A DNA stretch of 32,000 nucleotides from Candidatus Tremblayella phenacoccinincola (GTDB taxonomy: Bacteria; Pseudomonadota; Gammaproteobacteria; Burkholderiales; Burkholderiaceae), in NCBI RefSeq assembly GCF_009805595.3, contig NZ_VMQO03000001.1, positions 1 to 32,000 of the forward strand, given 5' to 3'. Of this stretch, positions 8,242 to 15,818 are shown in pieces. Position numbers and translations under genes: made by a program. Under the pieces are notes generated by a model. That model worked only from the letters and a program-made list of their open reading frames with translations, was not told the origin of the DNA and did not search any database. Every line of letters begins with the position of its first letter. Position 1 is the stretch's first letter.

Positions 8242-8249
8242 CCCCCCCC
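8242..8249 (+). repeat. C8 homopolymer between erpA and ilvD
   Basis: Counted directly. It lies 8 nt after the erpA stop. Confidence 0.95.
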
Positions 8250-8343
8250 AATAGAACCTGAAACCCAAAAGCTGAATAATATATAGAGACTGGCAGATTA
8301 GAACGACAGGTTATGATACAGCTTCAAGGTTAGCTACTAATAT

Positions 8344-10035
8344 ATGCAGTTGACGAATGGATCTAAAATGAAGTACAATTCCAAGAGTGTTACAAAAGGT
8401 TATGTTAGAACTGCAAACAGGTCTATGTTCTACGCATTAGGCTGTAAACTAAAGGACTTTAAGAAACCAATAGTTGGCATAGCTAACGGATATTCCACTA
8501 TTACCCCTTGTAATGCTGGTTTACAAAGACTAACAACCACTGTAAGTAGCTTTCTTAACCGACATGGAACCATAGCTCAATCTTTTGGAGTCCCAACTGT
8601 TTCTGATGGTATTTCTATGGGGACTCCAGGAATGAAATATTCTTTAGTCTCTAGGGAAGTGATTGCAGATAGTATAGAAGTGTGTGCGCTAGGCCAAAGT
8701 ATGGATGGACTTATTGTGGTAGGAGGCTGCGATAAGAATCTTCCAGGTGGTTTGATGGCACTAATAAGAATTAACGTTCCTAGCGTATATATATATGGGG
8801 GCACCATATTGCCAGGTTACTGGAAAGGAAAGGCTCTTACCATTGTTTCTTCGTTTGAAGCAGTAGGAAAGCTCAGTTCACAGGCTCTTACACATGAAGA
8901 CTTTACAGAAATAGAGAAGCATTCGTGCCCTACCACCGGTTCTTGCGGTGGTATGTATACTGCGAACACTATGAGTGCTTCATTCGAGACGTTAGGCATT
9001 TCTCTGTTTTATTCATCAACGATGGCAAGTCCTAATACTGAAAAGCTCCGATCATCTCATTTGTCTGCGAAGTTTTTAATGAAGGCCTTAAGATTAGGAA
9101 TTAAACCAAACAGTCTGATTACAAGGAAAGCAGTTGAAAATGCAATAGCTGTTGTAATGTATCTTGGTGGCTCCACAAATGCTATTCTACACTACCTTGC
9201 CATTGCAAACAGCGTTCGAATTAACTTAACGTTAGACGACATAGAAACAATAAGAAAGAGAATCCCAGTGACTTGCAACCTAAAACCTTCAGGAGTCCAT
9301 GCAACAACTGACTTACACAATGTTGGAGGTGTTCCTCAGGTTTTAAAAAGACTATCAGTTCAAGGGCTGATTCACAAACAATGTGTCACCGTCACTGGTC
9401 GTTCTTTAGGAGAAGAGCTCAATAGGATTAAGTTTGCTACCCAAAGTAAATACAAAGTTATACTACCAATCAACAAGCCACTGCACCAACAAGGACACCT
9501 ACTAGCTTTAAAAGGTAATCTTGCAGTGTTTGGAGCAGTTGCCAAAACATTAGGCATCAAACGGAGTGCTATTACTGGCAGAGCCAAAGTATTCAACGAT
9601 GAAGAGAGTACAACCAATGCAATATTGGACGATAGAATTACAGCTGGCAACATTGTAATAATAAGATATCTTGGACCTAAAGGAGGACCTGGAATGCCTG
9701 AGATGCTCTCTCCCACTTCTGCTTTAGTTGGTAAAGGACTTGGAGATAAAGTATGTTTGATCACTGACGGTAGGTTTTCTGGTGGTTCTTGGGGTATAGT
9801 AGTAGGACATGTTGCTCCTGAAGCTTTTGTTGGTGGAGTTATTGCTTTGGTTAAGGACAACGACTTGATAACAGTTGACTTATCAGAAGCTCTTATACAT
9901 TTGCATGTTAGTAACGCTGAGCTATTGAAGCGTCGAAAGCTATGGAGGCTACCAACATTTGAGAACAGAAGAGGTATCCTTAAAAGATACGCTGAAGTGG
10001 TTAACCAATCTAGTTTTGGTTCAGTTACAGTTTAA
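8344..10035 (+). CDS. ilvD: Dihydroxy-acid dehydratase (short ~560-aa type); alternative start at ATG 8368
   Basis: GIANGYSTITPCN, SDGISMGTPGMKYSLVSREVIADS, GGCDKNLPG, CPTTGSCGGMYTANTM, GGSTNA, TDGRFSGG and HVAPEA. Confidence 0.93.
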   Translation: MQLTNGSKMKYNSKSVTKGYVRTANRSMFYALGCKLKDFKKPIVGIANGYSTITPCNAGLQRLTTTVSSFLNRHGTIAQSFGVPTVSDGISMGTPGMKYSLVSREVIADSIEVCALGQSMDGLIVVGGCDKNLPGGLMALIRINVPSVYIYGGTILPGYWKGKALTIVSSFEAVGKLSSQALTHEDFTEIEKHSCPTTGSCGGMYTANTMSASFETLGISLFYSSTMASPNTEKLRSSHLSAKFLMKALRLGIKPNSLITRKAVENAIAVVMYLGGSTNAILHYLAIANSVRINLTLDDIETIRKRIPVTCNLKPSGVHATTDLHNVGGVPQVLKRLSVQGLIHKQCVTVTGRSLGEELNRIKFATQSKYKVILPINKPLHQQGHLLALKGNLAVFGAVAKTLGIKRSAITGRAKVFNDEESTTNAILDDRITAGNIVIIRYLGPKGGPGMPEMLSPTSALVGKGLGDKVCLITDGRFSGGSWGIVVGHVAPEAFVGGVIALVKDNDLITVDLSEALIHLHVSNAELLKRRKLWRLPTFENRRGILKRYAEVVNQSSFGSVTV

Positions 10036-10054
10036 AACAAACACCTGAAAGCCA

Positions 10055-10495
10055 ATGCATATTCCTAAGCTAATGTTCAGCAGGTTTAGTATTGAAGCTA
10101 CAATCGTGTATTCAATATACCAATGGTGCATCAGTAATAGATATACACCCTGTATATTATTTAGACCTAGTGTTAGCAATAACTTACCAAACCGTCTATT
10201 AAAGCTGGAAGAGTTAATTATTAGTCTCAGTAGAAAAGCAGTTCAAAAGCTTACCATTACCAACGATGCGTTAGCTTTTAACACTAGCTTTTCAGGCTTA
10301 GTCCATAATGTTAAGGTTTGGTTTGTGCAGTTGATGGCGGTTTATGGTTTAGAAGTTGGTAATGGTGTTTCAATGTATAATTATCCACTTGCTAGGCTTG
10401 AAAGAACAACAATCAACAGGAACACAACCAAGACAAATGCCAACTTCAAAGTAACCATTTGTATTAACGAAAAGATCGAAAAGCAGGAGGTTTAG
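10055..10495 (+). CDS. sspB: Stringent starvation protein B (ClpXP adaptor SspB), divergent
   Basis: IYQWCISNRYTPCILF and LIISLSRKAVQKLTITNDALAFNTSFSGLVHNVKVWFVQLMAVYGLEVGNG parallel E. coli SspB FYEWLLDNQLTPHLVV and IVLNIAPRAVGNLELANDEVRFNARFGGIPRQVSVPLAAVLAIYARENGAG (from memory). Confidence 0.7.
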   Translation: MHIPKLMFSRFSIEATIVYSIYQWCISNRYTPCILFRPSVSNNLPNRLLKLEELIISLSRKAVQKLTITNDALAFNTSFSGLVHNVKVWFVQLMAVYGLEVGNGVSMYNYPLARLERTTINRNTTKTNANFKVTICINEKIEKQEV

Positions 10496-10760
10496 TAGTG
10501 GGTTGTAGTTCTTTATATTAGTGTTATTTTATATCGTTTGTAACCTGTTGTTTGGATGCCTGGTCTTTAGGAGAAGAGCCTGCAATATTCTTTTCCTCCC
10601 CCTGGATAAAAGCCATAGGAGCAATGACAGCTTATTTGGGGGTGGATCAGGTAGTAATCATCGCATTTTCTCGGTTGTAAAACTAAAAACTGCTGGAATT
10701 AGACTTAGGCTTTTGGTAGGAAATACCGTTTCATTACCCATAGTTAATATATAACACCTG

Positions 10761-11771
10761 ATGAACATAAATACCAACTTTATAGATGAAGCTATTATTT
10801 CAATCAAAGCTGGAGCTGGAGGTAATGGAAGTGTAGCTTTTCGAAAAGAGAAAGCTATACATTATAAAATACCGGATGGAGGTGATGGAGGTGATGGAGG
10901 TGATGTTTGGTTATATTCTGAAAAAGCTATAAATACCTTATTATACTTTAAACTCAAAAGGATATATATCGCTGAAAGCGGGACTAATGGCAAAAGAAAT
11001 AATTGTACTGGAAAAAAAGGAAAAGATATAGTAATAAAAACTCCAATAGGGACAAGAATTATTGATGTTAAAACTAACAAACTTATTATTGATATGTCTT
11101 TTGTTGGTCAAAAGGTCTTAGTAGCAAAAGGTGGTTTCCACGGTATAGGTAATTTAAAACTTAAAACAACTAATAAACTGCAAAAGAATAAAGGATTTCC
11201 GGGGGAGGCCTGTGATATTCTTATGGAATTGTTGTTAATCGCTGATGTAGGCATATTAGGTTTACCAAATGTTGGAAAGTCTACTTTTATTAATTCTGTT
11301 TCGAAAGCTAAATCAAAAATAGCTAATTATTCTTTTACCACATCTTTTCCAGTTTTAGGAGTTGTTCAACTATATAGTAATAACTTTATTATTGCTGATA
11401 TTCCTGGTTTAATTGAAGACGTTTCTAATGGTATTGGTTTAGGTGTTAGGTTTTTAAAGCATTTAGAACGTTGTAAGTTATTATTACATTTTGTTGACTT
11501 AAAATATATGAATGAGGCGTTTTTATATAAAGCTATTAAAACTATCAATAATGAACTATATCAATATAATAACTTAACTTCAAAAAAGCTTTGTTGGTTA
11601 GTTTTTAATAAAATAGATAAGATAACTGATAAGTTCTATTTAATAAAGTTTGTTGATAGGTTTATAAGAAGAATAGAATGGAAAACTAAATACTATCTAA
11701 CTTCAACTATAAACTATGTTGGCATTAAAAAACTATGTTACGATATCCTATATTACCTATCTAAGACATAG
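10761..11771 (+). CDS. obg: GTPase Obg/CgtA (no acidic C-terminal extension)
   Basis: FIDEA.I...AG.GGNG.V.FR.EK, GGDGGDGGDVW, Walker A GLPNVGKST, ADIPGLIE, RFLKHLERC and WLVFNKID. Confidence 0.93.
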   Translation: MNINTNFIDEAIISIKAGAGGNGSVAFRKEKAIHYKIPDGGDGGDGGDVWLYSEKAINTLLYFKLKRIYIAESGTNGKRNNCTGKKGKDIVIKTPIGTRIIDVKTNKLIIDMSFVGQKVLVAKGGFHGIGNLKLKTTNKLQKNKGFPGEACDILMELLLIADVGILGLPNVGKSTFINSVSKAKSKIANYSFTTSFPVLGVVQLYSNNFIIADIPGLIEDVSNGIGLGVRFLKHLERCKLLLHFVDLKYMNEAFLYKAIKTINNELYQYNNLTSKKLCWLVFNKIDKITDKFYLIKFVDRFIRRIEWKTKYYLTSTINYVGIKKLCYDILYYLSKT

Positions 11772-11865
11772 ATTGGTTCTTATTAGCTGTCTTTTATATA
11801 GCTGCTAGTCCTTTAGAGAATGGGGGGAAAGGTTTCTATAGGTCTTACCTACTTATAGCTTATAG

Positions 11866-12318
11866 CTAAATACTATTCATAATATTAGCTAATTCTAATA
11901 TAGTAACTATTGAGTCAGTTCCTTTATTTCCAGCTTTAGGTTCTGTCCGTTCAATAGCTTGTTCAATATTATCTGTTATTAGTATCCCTGAAGTTATTGT
12001 TAGCTTATTATTTATTGTTATATTGTTATAGTTTAAGTTGCAATTACTAACTACAATTTTAAAATGAAAGGTATCTCCTCGAATGACAGAACCTATTGGA
12101 ATTATAATATTATACCTTTTATTATATAATAAGCTATTTACTATTATTGGCATCTCATTAGAACCAGAAACCCAAAGAATATCTATAGTATTTTCTATAG
12201 TTGCTATTAACTTAATGATATTCATTACGCTTTTTAATATGGCCTTGCTAATAAAGTAATTAAAACGAGCAATAATGACTACTGCTTTATAGGGGTAACT
12301 AGAATATATAGCTTTCAT
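11866..12318 (-). CDS. ribH: 6,7-dimethyl-8-ribityllumazine synthase
   Basis: 150 aa. IIARFN.FI, VSGS.E.P, G.VIRG.T.HF and NIEQAIERTEPKAGNKG parallel E. coli RibH. Confidence 0.9.
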   Translation of the reverse strand: MKAIYSSYPYKAVVIIARFNYFISKAILKSVMNIIKLIATIENTIDILWVSGSNEMPIIVNSLLYNKRYNIIIPIGSVIRGDTFHFKIVVSNCNLNYNNITINNKLTITSGILITDNIEQAIERTEPKAGNKGTDSIVTILELANIMNSI

Positions 12319-12449
12319 GTGGTTTTGTTAGCTGGGGGAAAGCTTAGGTTTAACATAATTAAAAACTATTATAGCATTACCACAGAGAATTCTTCCATAG
12401 TTCTTGTAGACCTTGGTACCACCTACTATACATTCAAGAACAGAATAAC

Positions 12450-12455
12450 AGGAGG
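12450..12455 (+). promoter_or_regulatory. Canonical Shine-Dalgarno AGGAGG, 6 nt upstream of the ybeY-like ATG
   Basis: Read directly. It is the best SD in the window. Confidence 0.6.
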
Positions 12456-12461
12456 TTCCTT

Positions 12462-12815
12462 ATGTATATACAGTATGGTTCTGAAGCTACCGTTGGTTTA
12501 TTTGACATTCTGCCAACATTCAGCTTAACAAAAGAGACTCTTCAGTTAATCGCCCAACATACAATGGTCATTACCATAAGATATGTAGGAGCTAGAGAGA
12601 TGAAGCGTTTTAACATAAAATATAGAAGCAACAGAAAACCTGGAAACATTCTAACCTTCTGCATCCTTGGTTTTAATTCTTCCAAATACTTGTACTGTGA
12701 CTTAATATTACATCATAGGCTTATAATGAAGGAGAGTTTAAATTACAACAAGAACACACAGAGTTATTACATGGAGCTTTTTGCTAAAGGTATTCTAAAC
12801 GTACAGAGTGTTTAG
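12462..12815 (+). CDS. ybeY: YbeY-like endoribonuclease, truncated and lacking the zinc-binding His motif (possible pseudogene)
   Basis: ITIRYVGAREMKRFNIKYRSNRKPGNILTF parallels E. coli [30 protein letters not shown]. The C-terminus AKGILNVQSV-stop replaces HGSLHLLGYDH. Confidence 0.6.
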   Translation: MYIQYGSEATVGLFDILPTFSLTKETLQLIAQHTMVITIRYVGAREMKRFNIKYRSNRKPGNILTFCILGFNSSKYLYCDLILHHRLIMKESLNYNKNTQSYYMELFAKGILNVQSV

Positions 12816-12832
12816 TATGTCTTTCAGGTTTG

Positions 12833-14146
12833 TTAGCGTACATTCCTTAAGTTGATGTGAATATGAAGCTCATTGAGATCTAGCTTTTCTTTTATGGTTT
12901 CTTTTATATGTCTCTTTGAGTCTTTGTTTAACTTATTAAGATTTGAACCATGTGCTACTAGAACCAAAGGACTACAGCCGCCTTGGTGTATATAGTTTAG
13001 TTTAACTTTGTCTTTTGCGGCTTTTGCGTTTATTGAAGAATTGTTTTCAATGGTTGGAACAACATCTTCAATCATTTTGTTTAGCTTTATAGTTGGTATC
13101 TTTGTGTTAGCATGATTGTTTAGCCTGTGTAGAGTTGCTAAAAGATTGTTTAGGCCAACCCGTTTAAGTGCTGAGAAAGCTAAAGCGCATACATGAAACT
13201 GTTCTTTAAACCTTTGTAGTTCAAGCAGTTTATTTTTAACGCTAACTTCTTTAACAGTGTCACATTTGTTAAAACCAACTGCTAGAGCTTTGTTGTTCCT
13301 GAGTGTAAAGTCAATAATTGTAAGGTCATGCTTTGCTATTCCGAACTGTGCATCAACCACCAATAATACGATATTGGATGTTAGAATTGTTTGTAGCGCT
13401 TTTAAGGTTACACATCTAGCAACAGAACTTTCAATATTCCCTTTTCTTCTCAAGCCTCCAGTGTCAATCATTGTGTATTGATGATCTTTGAACATAAGAG
13501 AAACTTCGATTGGATCCTTTGTGGTACCTGATACACTAGAAACTACCGAACGGTAATAACCTACTAAAGTATTTACTAACGTAGATTTACCAACATTTGG
13601 CTTTCCAACTATTGCTACTCTGGCGCTATTTCTGGTTCCTAGTTCTTTTTTTACATTCAATGTTTGGTTTAGATTCCTTAGGATGTAGTACATCATTCTT
13701 TTAATTCCAATATTATGAACAGATGACACGAAGAAAGAACTGTAGGTGATGTGGTTAAATTCCTTCTTCAATAAAATACAGTTGGGGTCTGACTTGTTTA
13801 TTGCTACGTAAACGAGCTTGTCGAGTCTCGAAAGACAGCTTAAGAACTTAAGATCTCCTGTAGTTAGTCCTTCTCTAGCATCTAAAACAAGAATGACCGT
13901 ACTGGAAAGGTTAACTGCTTTCTTAAGTTGGTCTGTAGGGTCACTGTAGACTTCCCAGCCGTTAGTATCCAGAACATAGTACAGTCCAAACCTTTTACGA
14001 TGTAGAGCTCCAATACCATATTTACTATCAGCTGTAAGGCCTGGTAAATTGTATGCTATTGAACCATGATGGCATGTTATGCGGTTGAACAAGGTGGTTT
14101 TCCCAACATTTGGTCTTCCTAATATAGGAATAGGTGCGTATTTCAT
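12833..14146 (-). CDS. der: Ribosome-associated double-GTPase Der/EngA
   Basis: Two G domains (GRPNVGKTTLFNR and GKPNVGKSTLVN; DTGG; NKSD/NKCD) and a KH-like C-terminus (KLNYIHQGG..P). Confidence 0.92.
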   Translation of the reverse strand: MKYAPIPILGRPNVGKTTLFNRITCHHGSIAYNLPGLTADSKYGIGALHRKRFGLYYVLDTNGWEVYSDPTDQLKKAVNLSSTVILVLDAREGLTTGDLKFLSCLSRLDKLVYVAINKSDPNCILLKKEFNHITYSSFFVSSVHNIGIKRMMYYILRNLNQTLNVKKELGTRNSARVAIVGKPNVGKSTLVNTLVGYYRSVVSSVSGTTKDPIEVSLMFKDHQYTMIDTGGLRRKGNIESSVARCVTLKALQTILTSNIVLLVVDAQFGIAKHDLTIIDFTLRNNKALAVGFNKCDTVKEVSVKNKLLELQRFKEQFHVCALAFSALKRVGLNNLLATLHRLNNHANTKIPTIKLNKMIEDVVPTIENNSSINAKAAKDKVKLNYIHQGGCSPLVLVAHGSNLNKLNKDSKRHIKETIKEKLDLNELHIHINLRNVR

Positions 14147-14334
14147 CCTATGTTTACCTTTTGGGACGTTGACAAAGCTATTATTGTTTCTTCTTTTTTA
14201 TTAGCTTTCATATGATATATTGGCTGTTGGAGCTATGGCTCTTTGGGATGTAGTAGCTAAGAAGGAATGTAATGTACTTCCGAAGCATATCAGCAGCATC
14301 ATCATATACTCTAAGTTCTGGTTTAGCTACATAT

Positions 14335-14424
14335 TGATACTGATACTGATACTGGCACTGGCACTGGCACTGGCACTGGCACTGGCACTGGCACTGGCAC
14401 TGGCACTGGCACTGGCACTGGCAC
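14335..14424. repeat. Hexanucleotide microsatellite (TGATAC)3(TGGCAC)12, followed by degenerate units to about 14446
   Basis: TGATAC units start at 14335, 14341 and 14347. There are 12 perfect TGGCAC units from 14353 to 14424. Confidence 0.97.
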
Positions 14425-14561
14425 TGGCATAGCATAGCACTGGCATATAACAGCTAAACCCCCGAAGTCTTGAAGAACAGCTAACACACGAAGCTATATA
14501 TTGATTAAAGAAGTCTAAGAGAACGTTTCTAAACCTTTAAAACTCTAAACTAGGAATCTAT

Positions 14562-15767
14562 ATGAGCTATGTTAAAGTCTGTTCATTTTGTGGATGTACC
14601 GAAAGCAAGAGCTATAAGTTAGTTATTAGTCCGTTCGCTTCTATCTGTGAGGTATGTATTAAAATAAGTATGGAACTAATTCAGAGCTTAAGAAGAACTC
14701 AAAGTAAACCAGGACCTTCTGTATTACCTTGTGAGATGCATGTAGAGCTAGATAAATACGTTGTTGGTCAAAATGCTGTGAAGAAATCCATTACAGTTTC
14801 CATCTACAATCATTACAAAAGAATAGGAAAGAAAAGACCAGAAGAGTCGGAGTTATTCAAAAGTAATATATTATTGGTGGGCCATACTGGTTCAGGCAAA
14901 ACACTGATAGCACAAACGATGGCTCAATTCCTAAACGTTCCATTTATTATTGTGGACGCTACCTCATTTACCGAGGCTGGATATGTTGGAGACGATGTAG
15001 AAAACATATTGCAAAAGCTCTTACAGGCTTGTAGCTATGATGTTGAGTTGGCACAGAAGGGTATAGTGTATATAGATGAAATAGACAAGCTTTCTCGTAA
15101 GTCAAATAACTCCGTGGTCGGCAGAGATATTTCAGGTGAAGGTGTACAGCAAGCTATGCTAAAACTATTAGAAGGAACTTCAGTATCTGTGCCATGTTAC
15201 GGAACCAAAGGACAGCCAGACTCGGAGTTCATTTTGATGGATACTTCAAACATCCTGTTCATATGTGGAGGTTCGTTTGAGAGCCTGGAAAAGATAACAA
15301 GCCAAACCCACAAGAAATATACCATCGGTTTCCAGAAAGATTCAACTGAGCTAAAAGATATGACACATTGTTCAACCAAAAAGATATCAGCAAAGGACCT
15401 CATCAAGTTTGGAATGATTCCAGAGTTGGTTGGAAGGTTACCCATCATTGAAACTCTCCGATGCTTAAATGAAGCTGATCTAATGAGAATCCTAACAGAA
15501 CCCAAAAAAGCATTAGTTAATCAGTTTAAGATGTTACTCGATAGTGAAGGAGTTCAGCTAATAGTGCACGACTCTGCATTAAGAGCAATAGTAAAACGAG
15601 CGATAGAATTAGGTACTGGAGCAAGAGGTTTACGTTCAATATTGGAAAGCCTTCTGGTAGATATAATGTATCAAGTGCCAATGTTACGAAGCGTGGAAAA
15701 AGTAATACTTGACGGAATGGTGGTTGATGGATCTAAAAAGCCAATAATGGTGTACGATAGTTTATAG
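14562..15767 (+). CDS. clpX: ATP-dependent protease ATPase subunit ClpX
   Basis: N-terminal zinc ribbon CSFCG...CEVC, Walker A GHTGSGKT, pore loop GYVG, Walker B IVYIDEIDK, IGF loop (YTIGFQ) and sensor GARGLR. Confidence 0.95.
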   Translation: MSYVKVCSFCGCTESKSYKLVISPFASICEVCIKISMELIQSLRRTQSKPGPSVLPCEMHVELDKYVVGQNAVKKSITVSIYNHYKRIGKKRPEESELFKSNILLVGHTGSGKTLIAQTMAQFLNVPFIIVDATSFTEAGYVGDDVENILQKLLQACSYDVELAQKGIVYIDEIDKLSRKSNNSVVGRDISGEGVQQAMLKLLEGTSVSVPCYGTKGQPDSEFILMDTSNILFICGGSFESLEKITSQTHKKYTIGFQKDSTELKDMTHCSTKKISAKDLIKFGMIPELVGRLPIIETLRCLNEADLMRILTEPKKALVNQFKMLLDSEGVQLIVHDSALRAIVKRAIELGTGARGLRSILESLLVDIMYQVPMLRSVEKVILDGMVVDGSKKPIMVYDSL

Positions 15768-15818
15768 CTAACATTAACTTACCATCTCTTAAAGGTTGGT
15801 GGCTTCCTGAAGGTAATT

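Noticed and set aside
10521-10754. 77-aa ORF in the 265-bp sspB-obg boundary spacer
   Set aside because: It has no recognisable family, no SD, and an unusual composition. It may simply be the spacer. I also checked this spacer by eye for tRNA, RNase P, 4.5S and tmRNA hallmarks and saw none.
12319-12528. 69-aa ORF overlapping the ybeY-like start
   Set aside because: It is out of frame with the SD-preceded ybeY-like ORF and shows no homology. It is probably spurious.
14353-14424. TGGCAC is identical to the -24 element of sigma54 promoters (TGGCAC-N5-TTGC)
   Set aside because: In the tandem array the base pair 12 nt downstream of each GG is GG, not GC, so no correctly spaced -12 element exists. 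Twelve identical copies are better explained by slippage. No rpoN or enhancer-binding protein is visible.
14208-14435. ORFs encoding (CQ)n on the - strand and (LA)n on the + strand
   Set aside because: They are artefacts of translating the (TGGCAC)12 microsatellite in two frames and strands.
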